A program made the translations under genes and the position numbers. Below the pieces are notes generated by a model that did not search any database, was not told where the DNA came from, and worked only from the letters and a program-made list of their open reading frames with translations. From Candidatus Woesebacteria bacterium (lineage in GTDB: Bacteria > Patescibacteriota > Microgenomatia > UBA8517), in assembly GCA_013426185.1 (NCBI GenBank), contig CP058602.1:628549-692548 (forward strand): a stretch of DNA of 64,000 nucleotides, read 5' to 3'. This document shows, in pieces, positions 56,942 through 64,000 of the stretch; positions within the stretch are counted from its first letter, which is position 1, and each line of letters begins with the position of its first letter.

Positions 56942-57285
56942 TTATCGCTGGGGTTTATCTCTGTGAGATTCTAATTCTATCGCGAAAACTCCTAATTTTT
57001 CTTTAAATGGCGGATATAAACTTCTTAACACTCTAAGGATTTCTTCCTTTGGCATACCTGGAACAATCTTTTCGGCTTCCTCATGTTCTAACATCTCAGA
57101 AAAGGTGGAATATCTTCTCACTTCCTTGATTCCAATTTCATACTCATTATTTAAGAAGAGTCTCATCCCTGGCTTCAATTCCTGGATGTTCCTATAGCCA
57201 ACCCTAACTTCAACTGTCTTTTTGCCTTCCAGAATCTCCTTCAGAAATTGCCTTTTATCCAAAGTGTTTTGGGTCTTGTGTCCAT
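56942..57285 (-). CDS. ASCH domain protein, apparently frameshifted near the 5' end
   Basis: EILEGKKTVEVR ASCH motif; RBS-led ATG 57285 gives MDTRPKTLWIK, then needs one more A at 57253-57256 to join RQFLKEIL. Confidence 0.8.
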
Positions 57286-57303
57286 TACTCTTTTTACCTC
57301 ACA

Positions 57304-57909
57304 CTAGAAATTAAGTGCAATAAACGCAAGTAGTCTATTTTTTACCTCGTCAACAGGAATATCAGAAGTGTCGATAGAAAGTGATCTTACTGCATAAGAG
57401 TCAATTACGGTTGATAATTGGTGTCGCTGTTCCGAATAAGTTAGAAATCGAGTTTTGTAATGATCAGGTGTTTCTAATCTACCCTTATTACTTCTCTGAG
57501 ATATTCTTTGCAAAGCAATGTCTTCTCTAACATCTAAATATAAAGCCAAATCTATTCTTACTTCATTATTAGATGCCCAAGAAACTAAACTTTCTGCTTC
57601 ACTTTTTTGTCTTGGTAGACCATCTAACACAAATCCAGTATCTTTCATCTTGAGAATGTGAGGTGCAACTATGCTTACTACAAAATCAGCTGACCACGGA
57701 TTGGTGCGTGCAAACTGAGACTGAATTTGCCTTGCTAATTCGCTATCTGTTTGTAACTCTATTCTTGTTATTTCACCGAGAGAAATATAATTTGGTCTTG
57801 GGGTAATATTATTTACCAAAGTAGATTTCCCAGAGCCAGGAAGACCCATCAAAATTATGTTTAATTGAGATATTTTTGATTCTGCCTCCCTTAACATTAA
57901 TCTTTCCAT
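57304..57909 (-). CDS. Adenylate-kinase-like nucleoside monophosphate kinase
   Basis: GLPGSGKST, ISLGEITR, GFVLDGLPRQKSEA. Confidence 0.85.
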   Translation of the reverse strand: MERLMLREAESKISQLNIILMGLPGSGKSTLVNNITPRPNYISLGEITRIELQTDSELARQIQSQFARTNPWSADFVVSIVAPHILKMKDTGFVLDGLPRQKSEAESLVSWASNNEVRIDLALYLDVREDIALQRISQRSNKGRLETPDHYKTRFLTYSEQRHQLSTVIDSYAVRSLSIDTSDIPVDEVKNRLLAFIALNF

Positions 57910-57982
57910 ATTATCAAAAGTGGACTCGGTTGGTTTCGCACCAACTTTTTCCTGATGAACAGGCTGTTTTAACTACATATAA

Positions 57983-58831
57983 CTACGAGCCCAGACTATC
58001 CTCGCTCCTTTTAGGAAAGATTATTGGAAGCGGGTCTGTTTCAAATCTGTGCCCTGAATAAACTTGCGCTCGTTCCAACATAGTAGGCGTGTAGACCATA
58101 ATTGAATTCGGCATAAGATATCTAATAGTGTTACCGACAAGGGCTTCGCTGGAAGCTATAACCTCAGATCTTTCTTTTATTTGCTTGCTTGTCCAGCCAA
58201 ACAATTTATAGAATTTTTTTCCCCTCTCAATTATACGATCTAAGGTAGTCTGAGGAACCGGGAGAGGTTGAATCTTAATTCCTCTGTATCCGATTGTGTC
58301 AAATAAGAAAGGAAACAATTCGCTTAATAATTCAAAAGACATTCCTTTAGGAACATATTTTTTTAGATTTTCAATATTTTTCTTCAGATCATTGATCTTC
58401 TTTAAACTTTTTTCTGGCTGTTCTAAAGCAACATCAAAAAAAATAGCCCGAGGTGGTTTACAGGTAAATCCTAACTGTCTTGACTTTTGTATAATTTCAC
58501 TTAATTTTATTATTCCCCAGCGTGAAGTATTCCCAACATCGTCGGTTCTAAACCCGTAAGCACCCAGACCCTTCTTGTATGAAGGACAAAATAAAGCATA
58601 AAATTCGAGGGGTTTCTCTTTACTGGAATTTAAGAGTATTTGACAAAGCTTCCTAGTTACTAGTTTGGGTCTCCAACCCACAACTTCATATTCTTGCAAA
58701 TAACTGAACCAGTCGAGTATATTCTTATTATAACCAACCTCTTTTATAACGATTTTCAGATCATCGAACTTTTCTTTCGATATTCTTTTATCTTCAAGAT
58801 ATTTGTTGAGTAATTTATTTATCGAAGTCAT
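57983..58831 (-). CDS. Hypothetical 282-aa protein
   Basis: Overlaps the CYTH gene by 17 nt; FYALFCPSY and AIFFD strand-like motifs; no family recognised with confidence. Confidence 0.75.
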   Translation of the reverse strand: MTSINKLLNKYLEDKRISKEKFDDLKIVIKEVGYNKNILDWFSYLQEYEVVGWRPKLVTRKLCQILLNSSKEKPLEFYALFCPSYKKGLGAYGFRTDDVGNTSRWGIIKLSEIIQKSRQLGFTCKPPRAIFFDVALEQPEKSLKKINDLKKNIENLKKYVPKGMSFELLSELFPFLFDTIGYRGIKIQPLPVPQTTLDRIIERGKKFYKLFGWTSKQIKERSEVIASSEALVGNTIRYLMPNSIMVYTPTMLERAQVYSGHRFETDPLPIIFPKRSEDSLGS

Positions 58832-59396
58832 CGAATCTCATATGGGGTTTAAAAGTCAACCCTCTCTCCTTGCGCCATTCTTGAAATAAGGTATCTGCTG
58901 GTTTTGTTAAACCTTGTTGGGTGCTAAATCCTAATTCTTGAGCTACTCGTTCTATATCTTTTTTTTCGCCCTCAATTTCAATTATATCTGCAAATGGATA
59001 TTCATCTAGAGTAACATGAACGCCATCTATTTCCCATGTTGTTTGAAAACGCTCATAACTAGTTGTTGGAAGAAATTCCATTGCTTCTAAAATCTTTTCT
59101 ATTTGTCCGTTAGGATCATGAAACTTTATCTCATATTCGATTTCTCTTTTTGCTCCATTTTCGGGTGGGAGTGGTTTTTTATAGGTTAAGGTTTTCTCCC
59201 CTGAATCACCGAAGGTTCTCACTCGGATTCTGCCATCAGTTTTTTGCATAGTCCCCGCAGGGTTGTCAAACATAACATTGCTTTGGTATTGGCGAGGCTT
59301 GCTTGCGCTTGCTTTTTGATCTAAAACCTTAATCAATTTTTCCTTATCTTTAACCCAAAACTTGTATTCTAACTCTATATTGCGTTTATTGCTCAT
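58815..59396 (-). CDS. CYTH (class IV adenylate cyclase / triphosphate tunnel metalloenzyme)
   Basis: ELEYKF (ExExK), IRVR, LTYK, REIEYE, IEIEG. Confidence 0.9.
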   Translation of the reverse strand: MSNKRNIELEYKFWVKDKEKLIKVLDQKASASKPRQYQSNVMFDNPAGTMQKTDGRIRVRTFGDSGEKTLTYKKPLPPENGAKREIEYEIKFHDPNGQIEKILEAMEFLPTTSYERFQTTWEIDGVHVTLDEYPFADIIEIEGEKKDIERVAQELGFSTQQGLTKPADTLFQEWRKERGLTFKPHMRFDDFDK

Positions 59397-60010
59397 AGTG
59401 GATGATTAAAATTAGTTGCTAATGACAAAAATTCGTCTCTGGTTCTCTCGTAATCCTTGAAATCTCCTTTAACTGCCGATGTTTTGTTGATTGCTTCACA
59501 GTGAACGCCTCTCATTTTCATACAAAGATGAACACCCGATACCACTATCGCTAATCCTTGTGGTTGAAGCTTTTTATAAAACAAGTCTACCGCTTCTTGA
59601 GTGAAGTCCTCTTGGTTCATCGGTCTTTTTGCAATATGACGCAGTATACGAACAATCTTGGAAAAACCAATTTGCTCTCCGTTCTTGGGAATATAAGCAA
59701 ATGCTATATCGTAAATCACTGGTAACATGTGATGGGAACATAATGAATAAACTCTGACTGGGCTTTGCACTATCATCCCTTTGTATTTTACTTTTCTGTC
59801 GCTATGTTTCGGAAATAGGACGCTGAAATATTCTTCTAACTCTTTATTTGATTCTTCGCGAAGTGAGGAAGTAAATTCAGCCAAAACTTCCACCATCCTT
59901 CTGGGTGTGCCTTCGTAGTTGGGATCTTTAAGGTCTAAGCCAAGGTTCGTCAGAAGGTCTTTGGCTGCGATCTCCGCTTTAGTTAAGTCTATTGTTCTTT
60001 TCATTATCAT
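59393..60010 (-). CDS. folE: GTP cyclohydrolase I
   Basis: TPRR, SLCSHHMLP, GFSKIVR, NQEDFT, HLCMKMRG. Confidence 0.92.
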   Translation of the reverse strand: MIMKRTIDLTKAEIAAKDLLTNLGLDLKDPNYEGTPRRMVEVLAEFTSSLREESNKELEEYFSVLFPKHSDRKVKYKGMIVQSPVRVYSLCSHHMLPVIYDIAFAYIPKNGEQIGFSKIVRILRHIAKRPMNQEDFTQEAVDLFYKKLQPQGLAIVVSGVHLCMKMRGVHCEAINKTSAVKGDFKDYERTRDEFLSLATNFNHPL

Positions 60011-60052
60011 TATTAAAAAATAAAGACCTGACTTAACAGGTTCTAAGGCAAA

Positions 60053-60081
60053 ATTATATCGTTATTATTTGTATTTTTCAA
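60053..60081 (-). promoter_or_regulatory. Sigma70-type promoter of the folE operon
   Basis: TTGAAA (60081-60076), 17-nt spacer, TATAAT (60058-60053) on the minus strand. Confidence 0.7.
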
Positions 60082-60220
60082 CTATAGTGGGTAATTAATC
60101 TTTATTACTCGTTTCGATGAGTTTGTTTACTTAACAGAAAAAATTATTGTAAGACATAGACTAGGTTTCAGACTGCAGCTAAAAGCTGCTGGGTAGATTT
60201 AAGTATTGTTTTTGGGAATT

Positions 60221-60466
60221 TCAGAGAGATAAAAATCTGTTCACTTCTTTGTTCGTAAATTCTGGATATTCTAGCTCACTTGCCCAATCTATTTGTCGGA
60301 AATCATACCATTGTTCGAGCCAGAGTTGACTATCAGCATAATTAATGATGGTATCGAAGGGTTTTAGCAAGGTATATCGGACTATTTTGCCATCTAAGGT
60401 TGGGTTCTGAAGTAAAAGCTTCAAAAGTAGCCGTCTTTCGTGAGCTTTGGGGTTTTCAAATTTCAA
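60221..60466 (-). pseudogene. C-terminal remnant of a large serine recombinase
   Basis: ERRLLLKLLLQNPTLDGKIVRYTLLKPFD...LWLE resembles recombinase C-termini; shares WLE/TGGCTCGAAC with ~50035. Confidence 0.55.
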
Positions 60467-60532
60467 ACAGATCCTTTAACTTTATTAGGTTATAGCCTTA
60501 ATCATAATGTTTTGCTACAATTTTTTTGTCTT

Positions 60533-61693
60533 ATGAAGGAAAAACAGATACAATCATTTTTTATACTTCTTTTGTTTTTAATTAGCTTTTTCTTTTGGAA
60601 ACCTCATTTTGCGTTGGCGCAAGAAGAAGTAGACCAAAGAGAAACTGAAAGAAAGGAAATTCCTAATTTTGACATCAAAGAAGAAACTTTGGAAGGGAGG
60701 GTAGTTACTATTCTTGAGCAGAAACAAATTATTCCTATAGGAGCAGATAACACCCAGCTTTATCAAAAATTGGAAATATTGATTACTAAAGGCTCTTTGA
60801 AAGACAAAAAGATTACTGTTGAAAACGGCAATTTTCCGAGTAGCAACTTGCAGGAGTACAAAGTTGGAGACAAAGTGATGATAAGTTACAGCAAGGATTT
60901 TGAAGATAAAGACGTTTTTTATATTACAGATTATGTCAGACACGGTGCTTTGCTTTTCTTGTTTTTTGTTTTTGTAGCCTTGGTGGTTTTTATTGGTCGT
61001 TGGCAGGGAATTTCTTCTTTAGTTGGTATGGGAATTTCTTTTCTAGTTATTTTTAAGTTTGTTCTCCCCAAAATCTATGCGGGAGGCAATCCTGTACAAA
61101 TTGCTATTTTAGGTTCTTTGATAATTATACCCACCACTTTTCTTTTATCTCATGGGATAAATAAAAAAACAGTAATTGCTATTATAGGAACAATTATCTC
61201 TCTTGTTATTACAGGCATTTTAGCCGGTATTTTTGTTGATTTTGCTAAACTTACGGGTTTTGCTTCAGAAGAAGCAGGTTTTCTGCAGGTTTATAAACCA
61301 GGCTTGATTAATATTAAAGGACTTCTTTTGGCGGGAATTATAATTGGTGTTTTGGGTGTTTTAGACGATATAACCATTTCTCAATCAGCGATAGTTGAAA
61401 AGTTAAAAGAAACCAACCCCAAACTGAAAGCAGGCGAGGTTTATAAAAAAGCAATGGCAATAGGAAAAGACCACATCGCTTCAATGGTTAACACCCTTGT
61501 TTTGGTTTATACGGGCGCTGCCTTGCCTCTACTTCTTATTTTTATTGACAACCCTCATCCTTTTTCTGAGGTGATCAATTATGAAATTATTGCTGATGAA
61601 GTGGTTAGAACTTTGGTGGGAAGTATTGGCTTGATACTAGCTGTTCCGATTACGACTTTTATTGCATCACTTGCTTTTGAAAAGAAAAGCTGA
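60533..61693 (+). CDS. YibE/F family membrane protein
   Basis: ITDYVR, GVLGVLDDITISQ, GKDHIASMVNTLVLVYTG, GSIGLILAVPIT. Confidence 0.9.
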   Translation: MKEKQIQSFFILLLFLISFFFWKPHFALAQEEVDQRETERKEIPNFDIKEETLEGRVVTILEQKQIIPIGADNTQLYQKLEILITKGSLKDKKITVENGNFPSSNLQEYKVGDKVMISYSKDFEDKDVFYITDYVRHGALLFLFFVFVALVVFIGRWQGISSLVGMGISFLVIFKFVLPKIYAGGNPVQIAILGSLIIIPTTFLLSHGINKKTVIAIIGTIISLVITGILAGIFVDFAKLTGFASEEAGFLQVYKPGLINIKGLLLAGIIIGVLGVLDDITISQSAIVEKLKETNPKLKAGEVYKKAMAIGKDHIASMVNTLVLVYTGAALPLLLIFIDNPHPFSEVINYEIIADEVVRTLVGSIGLILAVPITTFIASLAFEKKS

Positions 61694-61877
61694 ATTTGTT
61701 TGTGAAAGTTCAAAGGCTTGGTTTATTAAGTGGAATCACATAGTCAAACAGAGCCTTGCCTTCTAGCTTAGGGTTGTTGTTGTTGGAATTAACATAAAAG
61801 CATTCTATATTAATTCATCTCCTTAAGTTGTGGTGTAAAAAAAGTACATCGGATTCTTGGGAAGTGATTTCACCACC

Positions 61878-62105
61878 TTAATACCAAGATTGCCTACTTG
61901 TTTTTTCTAGGTCTCCTACAACTTTGGGTGTGTTGTAGCCACTACATCTTTTTTGTATTTCCAATGATTTATTGACGACGGAACAGGAGAAAGGTTGATC
62001 TTTTATTGGTGTTTTTTCTTTAAAAGTTGCCGATCCGGGGAAACTACAACCACCCCAAATTGTTAGGTGGGGGCACTTTAGATCTGTTTTTCTATCTTTA
62101 TCCAT
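61878..62105 (-). CDS. Small Cys-containing hypothetical protein
   Basis: 75-aa ORF with four Cys. Confidence 0.45.
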   Translation of the reverse strand: MDKDRKTDLKCPHLTIWGGCSFPGSATFKEKTPIKDQPFSCSVVNKSLEIQKRCSGYNTPKVVGDLEKTSRQSWY

Positions 62106-62310
62106 ACTCGAAAGAATTCTAGCAATTTGTCTAAAAAAGGCAAGATAAATCTTTTTGATACATAAACAACTGTTTGTTTTAAAGCTTTGTCGTACCTATA
62201 TCCTTAATTGTTGAGGCTGGGACCAATATCAAAATGTTGATAAGAAATTGTGCCTCTTAATTTTTCCACTAAAATTAGTCTAGAATAGACTATTGCTGCT
62301 GTCAATTTTT

Positions 62311-62436
62311 ATGGATAAAGAAGAAGAAAAGGAAACACAGAACTGCCCTAATTGTGGTTTTCCCATTGGGGTAGTAGCAGGCAGCAAGGAGGCAATTTGT
62401 AAAAATTGTGGCTTTAAAGATCCTTGTTGCGAATAG
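62311..62436 (+). CDS. 41-aa CPxCG zinc-ribbon microprotein (absent from the ORF track)
   Basis: Hand translation MDKEEEKETQNCPNCGFPIGVVAGSKEAICKNCGFKDPCCE. Confidence 0.7.
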   Translation: MDKEEEKETQNCPNCGFPIGVVAGSKEAICKNCGFKDPCCE

Positions 62437-63225
62437 CTAAGGGCAGTTCTTTGCTTTTCTGAATCCTGCAAATATTGCTTCTTTTTCGCTGCAAAACCAC
62501 TTTTCGCCTTTTGATTCATTAATGACAGTTTTGTGATAAGAGCCGCATTCTGTGAGGTGATAGATCTTTTCGCCTGAGGCTGAAATGTTGCCTTTAATTA
62601 AGCATCCTTTTTCTGCTTGGCTGGATAACACTTTCTGTCCAAAATATTGGCAGCTACTCCAAAGACCTTTATTTTCCTCTCTTGCTTTTCTTTGGGCTTC
62701 AAGAAATCTTTCCTGGTATTTTACATCGGGAGGATAGGTGCTTACTTGTGCGTAGCCTTCTTGAACCAAGACTTCATTAACTAAAATATCATTCACCCAA
62801 ACATATCTTAGAAGTCTGCCGTATTTGTCGGTTTCTGAAATATCCTTTTCGAGCCATACTTCTTTTCCCAAAACCAATTCTTTGTTTTTCTCTTGCGCTT
62901 CTTTGGCAAAGCATTCAACTGGTTTTGAAGGGTGAACCAGTTCTGGTGTGTCTATTCCGATATAGCGAACTTTTTGCCCGTTTTCAAGCTCAATCGTATC
63001 CCCGTCAATCACTTTTACTACTTTTATTTTTGACTCTTTGGTTTTTGTTTCCTCTTTAGTTTCAGGAATATTTGTTTTGAAATCTTTTATTATTTTGATA
63101 TTTGTGGTTTTTTGAGGCCTAAAAGTTGCAAGAAGAAATGCGAGAAAAGCTGCTAAGACAAAAAAGCTTGTGCTTTTTATTAGTTTAATCTTTTGGTTAT
63201 CAGGATCTATTTTTCTCTCGTCCAC
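62437..63225 (-). CDS. Thermonuclease (SNase) family protein with C-terminal CxIKGNI module
   Basis: VIDGDTI, RYIGIDTPE, DKYGRLLRYV, GLWS, CLIKGNIS..KIYH. Confidence 0.9.
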   Translation of the reverse strand: MDERKIDPDNQKIKLIKSTSFFVLAAFLAFLLATFRPQKTTNIKIIKDFKTNIPETKEETKTKESKIKVVKVIDGDTIELENGQKVRYIGIDTPELVHPSKPVECFAKEAQEKNKELVLGKEVWLEKDISETDKYGRLLRYVWVNDILVNEVLVQEGYAQVSTYPPDVKYQERFLEAQRKAREENKGLWSSCQYFGQKVLSSQAEKGCLIKGNISASGEKIYHLTECGSYHKTVINESKGEKWFCSEKEAIFAGFRKAKNCP

Positions 63226-64000
63226 TTTTTGAGTGTTTCGGGAACAAAATCTGACAGATCGTCGGCGTTATAGTTAAACCCAACTTTTTTGTAAAGTTCA
63301 TCCGCTGCCCTTTTGACGATGAAAGAAGCAACAGAAGCAGCAAGAAGAGGTTCGTTTTTAGCAAGAAGAGCAGTGACAAGGCCTGCTAGAACATCTCCTG
63401 TTCCTCCTTTGGTTAATCCAGCATTACCGCCTTTGACAACAACTACTTCTTTGGGAGACGAGACCAATGTTTCAGCTCCTTTTAGGACTATGTAAATTTT
63501 GTATTTTTGGGAAAGAGATTTTAAAAGTTCTGCTTTTTCTCTGCCTGGCATTGTGTCAATGCCTTTTGATTCATCTTTAAAAACAAGCTTAAATTCGCGC
63601 TTGTTGGGGGTGATAATGGCATTTTGAGGAATGTCTTTTGCTTCTATTGTCTGCAGGCTTCCGGCGTCAATTACCCATTTTTTCTGTGGAAATTTTTTGA
63701 TTAGATTCTTGGTTATTTTCTTTGTCTTTTCTGCTTCTATGCCGCATTTTCCATCCTCTAAGCACTCTTTCCTTTGCTTTTCATTTCTATAGCGCATAAA
63801 ACCTGATCCGATTAAAATAGCGTCTGATTTTTTAATGTATTCTTCTACTTCTTCCCAAGGTACCCAGATAAAAGATGAAAGTTGAGCTTTGATGATAGAT
63901 GCTACTTCTCTTAGTGGTTTTTCAGGAGAGGAAAAGAAGACCATATCAACAATTCTTGAAGCAGTCTTCAAGGCTAGAATAGGCGCGCCATGAAAAAGGG
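63207..64000 (-). CDS. nnrD: ADP-dependent NAD(P)H-hydrate dehydratase (5'-partial)
   Basis: IGSG, VIDAGSL, ITPNKREF, LKGA, KGGTGDVLAG. Confidence 0.85.
   Translation of the reverse strand, partial: LFHGAPILALKTASRIVDMVFFSSPEKPLREVASIIKAQLSSFIWVPWEEVEEYIKKSDAILIGSGFMRYRNEKQRKECLEDGKCGIEAEKTKKITKNLIKKFPQKKWVIDAGSLQTIEAKDIPQNAIITPNKREFKLVFKDESKGIDTMPGREKAELLKSLSQKYKIYIVLKGAETLVSSPKEVVVVKGGNAGLTKGGTGDVLAGLVTALLAKNEPLLAASVASFIVKRAADELYKKVGFNYNADDLSDFVPETLKKWTREK

Larger units (their letters stand above)
56795..60466. mobile_element. Probable degenerate island at the tRNA-Asn 3' end carrying the folE-CYTH operon
   Basis: Starts at the tRNA 3' end and ends at a recombinase-like C-terminal remnant; no att duplication found. 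Confidence 0.55.

Noticed and set aside
60020-60050. preQ1 riboswitch upstream of folE (GGTTCTA-like motif)
   Set aside because: The motif is on the non-coding strand and lacks the preQ1-I stem and A-rich tail in the transcript orientation
1-64000. Alternative genetic code (TGA reassigned as in Gracilibacteria/Absconditabacteria)
   Set aside because: Core genes are full length under the standard code and TGA terminates genes such as rnpA

Overview
A low-GC bacterial chromosome segment (standard genetic code). The gene set and protein style point to Patescibacteria/CPR, probably a Microgenomates lineage; this is inference. The window spans the replication origin (rpmH-dnaA-oriC-dnaN) and housekeeping genes (tsaC-tsaE fusion, tsaD, valS, rplY, yidC/yidD/rnpA, smpB/ssrA, dnaG, rpoD, seven tRNAs). 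It also holds an ~18 kb Patescibacteria-type T4SS/conjugation-like cluster with eight tandem VirB2-like pilins and two tRNA-linked accessory islands. Island 1, at tRNA-Ser(CGA), carries an XRE regulator, a type II REase, an MTase frameshifted at an A10 tract, an OLD/TOPRIM nuclease and a decapitated serine recombinase. Island 2, at tRNA-Asn, carries a five-gene operon I do not recognise: folE, CYTH, an unknown 282-aa protein, an NMP kinase and ASCH. The most striking non-coding signal is four dispersed intergenic mosaics built from many different 7-bp-period repeat modules that recur in conserved or shuffled order. One module also forms inverted flanks around a four-helix-bundle (IVP/Avd-like) gene. 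The two best candidates for an undescribed system are this heptamer-mosaic/four-helix-bundle association and the folE-CYTH operon. No database searches were run; family calls come from motif recognition.
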